From positions 160,520,001 to 160,584,000 of the forward strand of contig NC_058368.1 in NCBI RefSeq assembly GCF_018350175.1: DNA of 64,000 bases, in the 5' to 3' direction. Below, in pieces: positions 53,329-64,000 of the stretch; position 1 is the stretch's first letter, and each line of letters begins with the position of its first letter. Origin of the DNA: Felis catus (Eukaryota). A program made the translations under genes and the position numbers. The notes beneath the pieces were generated by a model. The model was not told the DNA's origin. It saw nothing but the letters and a program-made list of their open reading frames with translations, and made no database searches.

Positions 53329-53372
<44 letters not shown>
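53328..53372. repeat. (TG)n microsatellite
   Basis: Read directly from the sequence. Confidence 0.97.
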
Positions 53373-53375
<3 letters not shown>

Positions 53376-54099
53376 TATTTGACGTACAGTTAACTTAGGG
53401 TTGAGGACCTCAGACAGGAAAATAAGAACATACATTAACACTCTACACGCAGGAAGTTGCATGAATAAAATATTACATTAATTTGACTTAAGCCTCTAAG
53501 AAGGAAAAATTTGTGGATTAATATAAGATGATCCATTCTCAAGAAACTACTTATGACCTAAAATGGCTCTGTCCTCAACTGTCTTCAGTAAACATAAATA
53601 GTTCTTTGAACCCTGATTTTTAAATAATTATTTGAAAAATTGAAATCTCAAGTAACTCTTCAGTCTTTTATTTTTGATGCTAACTCCTATTTACACTTGT
53701 TCATAGTATATGTTTTATTTTAGTTTATTTGTCACAAGCTTGTATTTTCTCTGTTTTTCAAACCCTTCAAAAGCCTTTTACCTAACATACTTTCTATTTC
53801 TCTAGAAGTTAAAATGAGGGAGACCAATCCAGTTATTACAGATAATTTTATTATTGCAAAGGTTTTGAAATAGAAGATATTTCCAAAATCCTCTAAGTAT
53901 TTGTGTCAGACTCTATACAGTCTACAGTGTGGAATTCTATTCATTTTACTCCTTATCATCTTGACTTACACATGTGTTTTTTATGCTTTGCATGTGTGAT
54001 ACATTCTCATAAATAGATCATAGATTACTTTTGGGAAGGGCTGCTCTTATCTTTTACACACTGCGAAGTTCCTCTTATCTCTCCCCTCATTTTTCTTTG

Positions 54100-54720
54100 T
54101 CACCTTTGCTCAAGGATCTCTACCCTCCAGGGCTTCTTGAGGAGCTGGGCTTTCCATTCTGTCCAAAATGCTCCTTCCCCATCCTTGTCTGGTTCAATGT
54201 TACTAATACTTAAGGGTTTTTTAAATGTTTATTCATTTTTGAGAGACACAGAAAGACAGAGCATGAGTGGGAGAGGGGCAGAGAGAAAGGGAGACACAAA
54301 ATCTGAAGCAGGCTCAAGGCTCTGAGCTGTCAGCACAGAGCTGACACAGGGCTCGAATCCACAAACTGTGAGTGAGATCATGACCTGAGCTTAAGTTGGA
54401 TGCTTAACTGACTGAGCCACCCAGGCACGCCTCAATGTTACTAACTCTTCAAGTCTCATCTTAAACATATTCTTCCTTAAGGTCCTCCCTGACTCTCTAA
54501 AGTAAGTTAAACTGACTTACTGTACATTCCCATAGCACCCCACTACTCTCTTGCTCATATATCTTTTAATACTCATCATACTGATAACACCTCATTGTTG
54601 TCTTTCCCACTAGAGGGCAAGTTTCACAGGGCAGAGGTCATGTCTTTTTTATTTATTAATCTTGAGCAAACAGCAAAAATAATCTGGCACATAGTGATGA
54701 ATAAAAATGTGTTGAATATT
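54100..54720 (+). mobile_element. L2 3' end, interrupted by a SINE
   Basis: 'TTTCCCACTAGAGGGCAAGTTTCACAGGGCAGAG...CTGGCACATAGT...GTTGAAT' L2 3' motifs. Confidence 0.75.
54212..54431 (-). mobile_element. CanSINE with TSD
   Basis: TCAATGTTACTAA at 54194-54206 and 54432-54444 flanks an antisense SINE. Confidence 0.95.
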
Positions 54721-54732
54721 TATTGTATGATT

Positions 54733-54947
54733 AAAAAAATTTTTTTTCCAACGTTTATTTATTTTTGGGACAGAGAGAGAGCATGAACGGGGGAGGGGCA
54801 GAGAGAGAGGGAGACACAGAATCAGAAACAGGCTCCAGGCTCTGAGTCATCAGCCCAGAGCCTGACGCGGGGCTCGAACTCACGGACTGCGAGATCGTGA
54901 CCTGGCTGAAGTCGGACGCTTAACCGACTGCGCCACCCAGGCGCCCC
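54733..54947 (-). mobile_element. Young felid CanSINE (SINEC_Fc-like)
   Basis: CpG-rich and near-consensus ('GTCGGACGCTTAACCGACTGCGCCACCCAGGCGCCCC'); TSD TATTGTATGA at 54721-54730 and 54948-54957. Confidence 0.96.
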
Positions 54948-56811
54948 TATTGTATGACTTTTAATGACAATAAGTGGAGTTTCATACTAGAAAATGACTG
55001 ATGGACAGTTCAAACAATGAAAACAAAACTCCATCTTTTCAGTGCAATGTAATAATACAAGCAAGTACCCACTAGTTTGTAGATATACACATAAAAAGAA
55101 ACCCACACAAACACATCTTCTTTCAGTGTCTAGCTATGAGTTATATCACTCTTCTGGCTATTCAGTAAAATTTGGAAGTGGGCTGAGTATGGTGTTCATT
55201 GGTAGAGAGGAGGCTAAAAATAATCTACTGTCATATAATTATGATCAAAATATATGGTGTTACTAATTTTCAGAAACATTAGAGCCCATATGCCAGATGT
55301 AGTGTAAATTCATGAAGTGTAATTTTAATGTTTTGTATAGATTTACATGTTTGGAGATTCCTGTGTTTTTTATTCTTAAAAAATATTCCCAGAATTTTCT
55401 TATGACCTCTAAATTTTGGAAGTCCCATCTCTTGTCAAACATTTCTTTGATGGAATTCTTCTGATGTCAAGAGGTTAGTGAAATGAATGGGCTTTTCATT
55501 TTATTTTCGCTTCCTAAATATGGTTACTACTGTTATTAATTATTAAATATAATTACTGTTTAAAAAAACTATTTCTGTCGAAAGATAGCATGTGGAGAAA
55601 AATGATTGGGTATGAATAAAGGAAGGTGGGTAATTTCTATGCAATTACAAAATTTGAAATCATGGCAAATACATTAACTTACTGCAAACATACATTACTG
55701 TGATTAATTTGGTATAATAATATCAAAAATATGTTGGTAAACTATTTAAACAAATTTAATTGCTCTACTATACAACTGCTTTCAGAGAGTGAATTGGATG
55801 CTTCTACAACTGTGCTAACTCTTTAAGATTACATAGAAGGCACTGCGGTAGTTATTCATCACTTTTCACCTAGTATTAAAAAATGACCCTTAATCATTCC
55901 CTTAAAATGTTTTTCAAAATCAGAGCCTAGTAACAAAACCTTCATTTATTTGTAAGTTTTCCTTTGACATTTAGCAAAGGGTGAAACTTCTAAAAGATTT
56001 TTTAAATTATCACATAGTAAAAATTATTTTCCATTGATTGGAACAAATGTTTCCTATATACAAACCCATATTACATTAATTCCTTTTCATCCTGTTGCCA
56101 TTACATGTATCGAAAGGATAGGTGACAGAATACATCACTTTCTTGGCTCACAGGACTGTTACCCACTGTTTGAAGTACAAGCTTCCTATTTACTAGAATA
56201 ACCCCATTTACAAGTGTTTAAATCAATTTCTGTCCTGGGATCTTAATTAAGAGTGTTCGTGTCCATAGGCAAAATGGGAATTTAATCCTTTCATTTAACT
56301 AACTTAAAGTAAAAATAAATCTTGGCTAAGTTTAGGGAGTTATGTAACATTGCAGTTATTGAAGGAATTGGGAATGAAACCAGATCTCTTGGATTTAGTC
56401 TACTTCCTTTGAGCTATGCCGGGTGTGGAATATCCACTTACTTTCTTCATAAGTATTTGTTGAGCACATACATTGTGAAGGCCCTGGAGCTACAGAGGTA
56501 AAAAGGTCATAAATAGTTTGTGGTCTTGTGAATATTAAATTCTAGCTGGAAATATATTTGATCTATTTTTCATTCTCTCCATCCTTTCTACATATATGTG
56601 TGTATACATATATAATAACATGAATCATGTAAAAATGGTGCATGCCCCTTGTAAATAATTCATAATTTGTAGAAACGTTTAAGCCACTATTTCTGCTTAA
56701 TCACTATAATGAGCATTCTCCTAAATATCTTGAGGGCACTTTTCCATAAATATGTCAAAAATTTTGTCAAAATTTTTCTCCTCTGGGAATAAGTCTTTAA
56801 ACATATTGCTT

Positions 56812-57027
56812 GGGGTGCCTGGGTGGCGCAGTCGGTTAAGCGTCCGACTTCAGCCAGGTCACGATCTCGCAGTCCGTGAGTTCGAGCCCCGCGTCGGGCT
56901 CTGGGCTGATGGCTCAGAGCCTGGAGCCTGTTTCTGATTCTGTGTCTCCCTCTCTCTCTGCCCCTCCCCCGTTCACGCTCTGTCTCTCTCTGTCCCAAAA
57001 ATAAATAAGCGTTGAAAAAAAAAATTT
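56812..57027 (+). mobile_element. Young felid CanSINE (SINEC_Fc-like)
   Basis: CpG-rich 'GGTGGCGCAGTCGGTTAAGCGTCCGACTTCAGCCAGGTCACGATCTCGC'; perfect TSD AAACATATTGCTT at 56799-56811 and 57028-57040. Confidence 0.97.
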
Positions 57028-57306
57028 AAACATATTGCTTAAGATGTCCATACCCAGGATATTTCACATCAAAATCTTACATACTATCATTTTCAAATAA
57101 ATCTGTACGTTGACCCTCCAAAATTTTAGAATACTATGACGAATATCAGCTTCAAGTGAGAATATTAAAATTAGTATAACTCAGGGTATTTTCTCTATGG
57201 CAGGGTAAAAAACCGTCATATAACAAACACAGGTAAAGAGACCAGACATGTAACAGAAATAAAATAAATGAAGATAGTTGAGTATGAGTGAATAGTTTGA
57301 TCACCC

Positions 57307-57672
57307 TGTCTTAACAACATACCACAGAAGATGTAGCTTAAGCAACAAACATTTATTTTCTTATGGTCGAGGGGGCTGGAGGTTTAAGATCAAGGTGTAA
57401 ACAGAGGTGGTTTCTGGTGACGTTTTTCTTTCTGAGTTGCAGCAGACTTCTTCTTGCTAGTATTAACCTGGCCTCTCCGTACAGGGCAGAGAGAGATGTC
57501 TCTGGTGTTTACTCTTTTTATAAGGATAGTAGTCTTACCAGATTAGAGCCTCGCTCTCTGATCTCATTTAACTGTAATTACCTTATTAAAGGCCCTGTCT
57601 ACAAATACAGTTACTTTGGAGATTAGGATTCAGTATAGGAATTTGGGAAGGGGCACAATTCAGTCCATGACA
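57307..57672 (-). mobile_element. MaLR solo LTR (MLT1B/C-like)
   Basis: TG...CA ends; 'ATACCACAGA...AACATTTATTTTCTTA', 'GAATTTGGGAAGGGGCACAATTCAGTCCATGACA'. Confidence 0.85.
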
Positions 57673-57847
57673 ATAAGTAAAAAAACCCTGCAACATAAAC
57701 CTCTAAACACCAGTGACAGAAATGTGAAAGGAATTGGGGTACCTGTGGTAAAGCCATGCCCCATCTAAGGAACACAGCCACTGTTGAGTTTCAGTCAGTT
57801 GTACACAAGGAGAAATGCCAGCTTTTTCAGTTTTTATGTAAAATTTC

Positions 57848-57867
57848 CTTTTTTCTTTCTTTCTTTC

Positions 57868-57922
<55 letters not shown>

Positions 57923-57977
57923 CTTTCTCTCTCTCTCTCTCTCTCTTCTCTTTGTCTCTTTCTCTTTCTTTCTTTTT
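57848..57977. repeat. Compound (TTTC)n/(TC)n polypyrimidine microsatellite
   Basis: Read directly from the sequence. Confidence 0.95.
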
Positions 57978-58094
57978 AAGTTCAGCATATAATTTTAAAG
58001 TGTTTCAAATCATTATGCAGGCCAAACAAAACAGTCTGTGGACCATTTCTGTCCCTTAGAGTATCAAATTAGAATCTCTGGTAGAGTCAGAAGA

Positions 58095-58295
58095 GAATGT
58101 TTTTAGACCTATATAGAGCAGGGTTCAAATGTTGGTCTAGCTGCTTATTCCTGATAGAACAGCAGATGGGCCTTCTACCTGACCCCACCCCTTAAGCCTT
58201 AGTTTGGATACCTCCAAAATGAGTATAATTAAAAAACCTATTTTCAGTGGTTGTTATGATATTTAAATTATATGAATATATTAAACTTCGTGCGA
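58095..58295 (+). mobile_element. MIR relic
   Basis: 'GGGTTCAAATGTTGGTCT' B-box-like motif and 'GCCTTAGTTT...AAAATGAGTATAAT...GGTTGTTATGATATTTAAAT'. Confidence 0.55.
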
Positions 58296-59639
58296 CATGA
58301 TGTTGTATTCCCCATGTCCCTACGATGTCTCTCTGAAAGAGTTGTCTAATTGACTGGACAATTTAGGGGTCAATACAGCGTTGTCTGCTCTCCCTTTTTC
58401 TGAAACATTTTAAATTATCTGTGTAAATATACAAAGAGCTTTCGTCCTTTCTTATTACATCTGTCATTACCCTGTGTGGCTGGATACCTTTGTTCTCAGA
58501 AGCTAAGCAGGAAATAACATCCCTTCCCCTGAATTCTCTAGCAACTATTTGACTTTTTACTTAGGGGTTGTAAAAAACCAGTGTTGGCAGCTGGCAAGGT
58601 TTTGTCTTCAAGGAAGTAATAATCCCCTTCCCAACGTAAGCCAAGTTGAAAAGGATAATCTTGTAAAAAAAATTTTTCCCCTTAGAATTCAGACTGATTT
58701 CAACGTTCAAAGGTCAAGGAGGGCAACCAAGCTTGTCATGAATCCAAAGATCTTTGACATTTACTCTTGTGTCTCCTTCTAGGTCCATTTTGGATTTGGT
58801 GGAGACTATGAATTCATGCCATATGCGAGCAGCTGAAAAGCTACTCTTTGAGCATAGACCTTCACTTTGATGAAAGCTTAGTAACATTTGGCTAAACACA
58901 TTTATAATGTGTCATGTGAATTGTCATGTGAAACCTGCCATACACATTCTGGTAAATGAGAAATGATATGGGTATAGCTGCTGACTCCCTGAAGATTTTC
59001 TAAGAGCAGTCTTGCCTACTCACAAACATGATAAACCCATTTGATGGCAATAATGGTTCATTCTTACATTTATTTATGATGAGTAGATTATTTGTAGGGG
59101 CCTATTCTTGTGCTATCAAGAAATAATTTAATAAAACTTGATAATCATACTTATTACAAATTTGAATTTTTGTGCCATAGTTATTGAGTTAATGAGTTAT
59201 ATAGTTACTGAGGTCATGGTTACAGTGACTTCCTGTTTGTAGTAAAATTAAGCCAGTTTGCTATGAGAAATAAATAAATAAGACAATTAGTTTCAAAGGC
59301 AGACAAAAATTCTGTGCACATGCACATTATTTATTTATCAGTAATACATTTCATTTGGCTACTGTAGTCCCAGTGTAATTATTACTTTTATATTCAAAGT
59401 AGAGTAAATTAGCATGAAGAAATGTATGTCTGTTTTTGAAGGTGCTAGTGAGAAAAACTCAGATTAAGGGAGAACTATGTGCCCTTCTGATATGGTGAAG
59501 ATTCTGATTTAAAAATGTAGTTTTAATGCCATGGCATTAAATGCCAAAAATATTTAATATCATTCAAAATAAGCTTGAATATTTATTAGATAGAACCTAA
59601 TGGGTGTATATTTTAAAAATAGATTTGTTTACAAGTTTT

Positions 59640-60501
59640 ACTATACAGTCGATACTAAGGGTAATAGTTGCTCTTGAGTTCTGGAAAGAGAGAATTAAAG
59701 ACCTAGGGATTCAGACCTCTTCTGTGAGTACAGGACTAATGACCCATTTACTCTCCCAATCCCTGATAATTTCCTGGTGAGATCTACAGTTAAATATTCT
59801 ATCACAGTGGTTATGGAGGCTCTAATCAAGGTCACTGTTAGAGAAAGGCAATAAAATTTTGAAATGTAGTTACAATTAAAAATAAAAAGGGATCAAGAGG
59901 CTATCCCTAGCCCTGAATCAGGATGGAAGGAAAGAGAAAAGACTGGGTTGAAGACTAAGAGGCAGTCAATAGTGAAATAGGTCTTGACACAGCCTTTCTA
60001 CTCCTTGATAGAGCATCTTTATTTTCTATCAGAAATAGTGTACCTGCCACTGCCACTCAAGCACAGCCTTGTCTCACAAGAACAGTGTAATTTAAGCACA
60101 TGGCGGCCTTATCTACTGCAGTCCACAGCTCCTCCTCATTAACCATCTTGTGAGGCACTGGATCTTATCCCAAGACTGACACTTTTGGGAAAGTTGGCTA
60201 CAATGTAGAAAGAGCTAGACAAATGAAGGAATTTTGACTCCAAATCTCTTTAATGGTCTGCCAAGAGCCTTTTCCAGGCAACCATCTTACCCTAGAGAAC
60301 TGCTACCCAAGAGGCAAGAGTTTAATCATCCATAGTATCTGCTGAAGTTATCTAATTTATACCAAACACTGTGCTTTAGACATTACATGTAGTGACAAAC
60401 TCTCTATCATCTGTTGTAGACTTAGAATAAACTGTTAATGACATCAGAGAAGATTAGATGTCTTTTCTCCTTGGACCCAAGTAAGCACAGGAGCATCTAC
60501 A
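59640..60501 (+). mobile_element. Possible ancient LTR, family unassigned
   Basis: GC-richer block with AATAAA at about 60426 and a CA end near 60500; only a general LTR-like layout, left boundary uncertain. Confidence 0.3.
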
Positions 60502-60504
60502 GAC

Positions 60505-62003
60505 TTGCAGGAATTAAGACTTGAGGACTTGAATAGCCAAAACAACCTGGAAAAAGAAAAAAAAAAAGAAAGGAGGCCTTATGCTTCCTTGTTTCAAAAC
60601 ACATTGTAAATTTATAGTAATTAAAACAGTGTGGTACTGACATAAAGATAGACATATAATCCAGAGGAATAGAATAGGGAGTCCATAAATAAACCTTTGT
60701 GCATATTGTCAAATGATACCTATAAAGGGTCTCAAGATCACAAAATGGGGAAAGAACATTTCTTCAATAAATGGTATTGGGAAAACTCGATTTCCACATT
60801 GAAAAGAATGAAATTGGACTCTTACCTTACAGAATACACAAAAATTAACTCAAAATGGATTAAAGGACCTATATGTATGGCATAAAACTATATAACATTC
60901 AGAAGAAAACATGGGAAAAGCTTCCTGATACTGGATTTGACAATGATTTCTTGAATATGACACCAAGAGCACAGGCAACAAAAGCCAAAAAGACAAATGG
61001 GGTTATGTAAAACTTTTGTATATTAGAAGAAACAACCAAGTGACAATGCACCATATAGCATGGCGAAAATATTTGCAAGTTATATATCTGTTAGAGTGTT
61101 AATTTCCAAAATACATAATCAACTTCTACAACTCAACAAAAACAACAACAAAACAACCCCATTAAAAAATAGACAAAGGACTTCAACAGACATTTCTCTA
61201 AAGGAGATACACAAATGAGCAACACACATACGGGAGGATGCTCAACATTAGTTTTCCCTAGAGAAATGCAAATCAGAACCACAATCAGAAATCATCTCAC
61301 ATCCATTAAAATGACTGTCATCAAAATAACAAAAATTAACAAGTGTTGGTGAAGACGTGGAAAAACTGGATGCACTATTGATGAGAATGTAAAATGGTGT
61401 AGCCTCGATGAAAAGCAGTTGGATAGTTTCTCAAACAATTAAAAACAGAATTATTACATGATGTACCAATTTCATCTCAAAGAATTGGAACCAGGATCTT
61501 GAAGAGGTACTTGCACACCTATAGGCACACCTGTAACTACTGTAGTATTAGTCACAATAGCTAAAAATTGGGAGCAACCTAAGTGTCCACTTGCAGATTA
61601 ATAGATAAAAAATGTGGTATATTCATTGAGTGGAATATTATTCATAAGGCTTTAAAAAGAAGATCCTGTCACTTGCTACAACATAGATAACCTCGAAGAC
61701 ATTATCCTAAGTGAAATAAGCCAGTTACAAAAAGACAAACACTGTATGATTCCACTTTTTTAAGGTATCTAAAATAGCCAAATTCATAGAAACAGAGTGG
61801 AATAGTTGTTTCAAGGGGCTGGGGAAAGAAGAAATGGGGTGTTGTTGATTAATGGATATAGAGTTTCAGATTGGCAAGAACAGAAAATTCTGGTTATCTC
61901 ATAAAACAATGTGGATACAGTTAACATCACTGAACATTTTAAAATATTGAGAAAGTAAATGTAGGTGGTGTGGGTTTTTCTCCACAATTAGAGGGGGGAA
62001 AAA
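60505..62003 (+). mobile_element. 5'-truncated LINE-1 (L1MA/L1MB-like) ORF2 end and 3' UTR
   Basis: ORF fragment 'FFNKWYWENSISTLKRMKLDSYLTEYTKINSKWIK'; 'TAAGTGAAATAAGCCAGTTACAAAAAGACAAACACTGTATGATTCCACTT'. Confidence 0.92.
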
Positions 62004-63464
62004 GCGTTTTACTAAGTGCATAGAGCAAGAGTAGACACAAAATTATTGAGTTGATAAATTTTGTAATGAAATTTATGTTGAATATTTTGTTTGTTTGTTT
62101 GTTTATTTATTTATTTATTTAACAGTCTTGCAGACTTTACTCCAGAAGAAAGGAAAGAAGGTAGAGAAGAATAGAAAGAGGAAAGGAGGGACGGGGAAAT
62201 TTAAACAATTTTTTTGTCTGTTTTTGTTGCTGTTGTATGGGTTTTTGTTTTTTTTATTTTTCTGTTTGTTATTTTCCAAAATAGGTCATGAGTGAAGAAA
62301 AAAATTGAGACTAAAATTTTGTATATTACTGTTTTATTAAATTGGATTATATTATAAAATATAATCAAATCAGGTTGTAAAAACAAAGAACAAAATTCTT
62401 AACTGATAGGATTGACAAATAAAAAAAAAAGAAAGAAACACATGGCAGAATGGTTTATAAAAAGTAAGTATAGATTGCCCTTGAAGAATGAGTAATTCCG
62501 GGCTTTTGCTCAGATGTTCCTTTCTGTTTTGAGCCCAGAAAAGGATTTTCATGAGTAGTTCAAAGCCATCGTCAGCAGAAGGTTTTAATTAACCAACTAT
62601 AAAAAGAAATAGCCAGCATAAAAATAGTTACAATTGCTTTGAGTTGGACTATTTACAGTACAGACCTTAAAATGTTCATTTAAAGTGATTGCACACCAAT
62701 TTACCTAAAGTGCTTTGTAAACACTATGTGGGTCTGTTTACTTGACATCCACTAGGAATGGCCACCGTGGTTGGCACAGGCCAGAGAAGTATTGCAATGG
62801 TGGGCACAAACTTACTGGCAGCATTGTGTGCTTCTCCAAAAGTGAGCACTGCTTAGTTTACAGGTCAGAAACCAAAGTGATAATCTAATAAAATATTAAA
62901 TTATTGTTTATTTAGCTATTTTAAATGCTGTTGTATTTTTGTTGGTGAGAAGCCGGCTTCTGTTAGGTATCTTCTTCAGTGAAGTTCTACATCAAAGTAT
63001 TTCTCATGAAAGTTAAATCAGGATATTATGCTAATCTCTGGATCTAAGCTTCCACGAGCAGCATATTTTGATCCTTGTCATGTAATTTGTGTATTTGTTT
63101 CTAGTTCTTTGATTGCCTTATTTAAAGATAACGGATATTAGGACATCCGCTTCATAGGATGTCAAAACAGGATGACATAGAAAACAATATTGGTTCAGCA
63201 AATCAAAATGTTCTCTGGCATGGTAAGGTTTATGTTACAAATTGTGACTGGTTCTTTGAGCCTGTTGTTCTTTGGAGAGCCATCAATAATGGGAATGTGG
63301 AAACTAATGGGAAGCCAAAAGAGGTCTGGAAGGGTAATTGTGGAGAGGGGTGGGTAGGCAGTCCAGAGAAGGCCTCCATATTTCTCTCTTAAAAGTTTGA
63401 CTGACACCTCTCTCTCTCATTTGTATGTTTTTAGAAAAGCAGGTAGTTAAAAATGTGTGGGAAA

Positions 63465-63684
63465 GGGGCTCCTGGGTGGCTCAGTCAGTGGAGCATCCGG
63501 TTCTTGATTGCAGCACAGGTCATGATCTCATGGTTTGTGAGATCCAGTCCCACCTTGGGCTCTGTGGTGACAGCACAAAGCCTACTTGGGATTCTCTCCC
63601 TCTCTGCCCATTTCCCACTTGTGCACATGTACTCTCTCTCTCTCTCAAAATAAATAAGTAAATGTTAAAAAAAAAAAACTTAAC
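63465..63684 (+). mobile_element. CanSINE with 16-bp TSD
   Basis: AAAAATGT(G/A)TGGGAAA at 63449-63464 and 63685-63700. Confidence 0.95.
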
Positions 63685-64000
63685 AAAAATGTATGGGAAA
63701 AAGGCTTTAAGTTTTTGGCAAGTTTAAAAACAGAAACAGAAATTAACATAAAGAATACTAGGATGACATTGAAGAGATCATTTCAAGGACACGAAAGCAA
63801 CAAAAACAGAAACAATATGTTTTAAAATGGGAGATTGCATGATGGAAGAAATTTAAAAACAAAATAAACACTGAGTTTAAGGAGGAGGAAAAGAATTTAT
63901 TATAATAGAATATTTTAAAAAAGAAAATAACTATTAAAACTAACCTTTGTAAAACAAGATTTAAATTTAAAAACAGTATAAGTCATCTGGCCACTTGTTA

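Noticed and set aside
54830..56900. CpG-rich patches as a CpG-island promoter
   Set aside because: The CpGs are confined to two young SINEs that have not yet decayed.
57756..58059. Phe/Leu/Ser-rich 'membrane protein' ORFs
   Set aside because: These are translations of the (TTTC)n microsatellite.
63158..63222. Possible 65-bp exon (TAG|GATGTC...CATG|GTAAGG) encoding MSKQDDIENNIG...
   Set aside because: Good donor but weak polypyrimidine tract, peptide not recognised and no partner exons; RNA-seq junctions would be needed.
1..64000. CRISPR array, operon or other novel multi-gene system
   Set aside because: No regularly spaced repeat-spacer array and no gene cluster; the recurring ~200-bp repeats are dispersed carnivore SINEs in ordinary mammalian non-coding DNA.

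Overview
AT-rich, CpG-depleted mammalian genomic DNA, almost certainly from a felid: it carries young felid-type CanSINEs (SINEC_Fc-like) and carnivore L1 3' ends. I cannot support any protein-coding gene. The ORFs in the track are decayed L1 ORF2 fragments, SINE or LTR read-throughs, or chance ORFs, so the window looks intergenic or deep-intronic. It is a mosaic of LINE-1s of several ages, about 17 tRNA-derived carnivore SINEs (many with visible target-site duplications), MaLR/ERV solo LTRs, MIR/L2 relics, a few DNA-transposon fossils and microsatellites. It also holds one diverged tRNA-Ala(TGC) gene or pseudogene. The most notable structures are a probable L1 3' transduction nested in an older L1 (696-2815), two SINEs inserted sequentially at one target site, a 9-bp tandem repeat that makes three TCF/LEF consensus sites, a diverged ~130-bp tandem duplication, rearranged L1s and a few transcription-factor motif clusters. 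I see no evidence for a new biological system. Repeat subfamily names are from recalled consensus similarity, not from a database search, and boundaries of old repeats are approximate.
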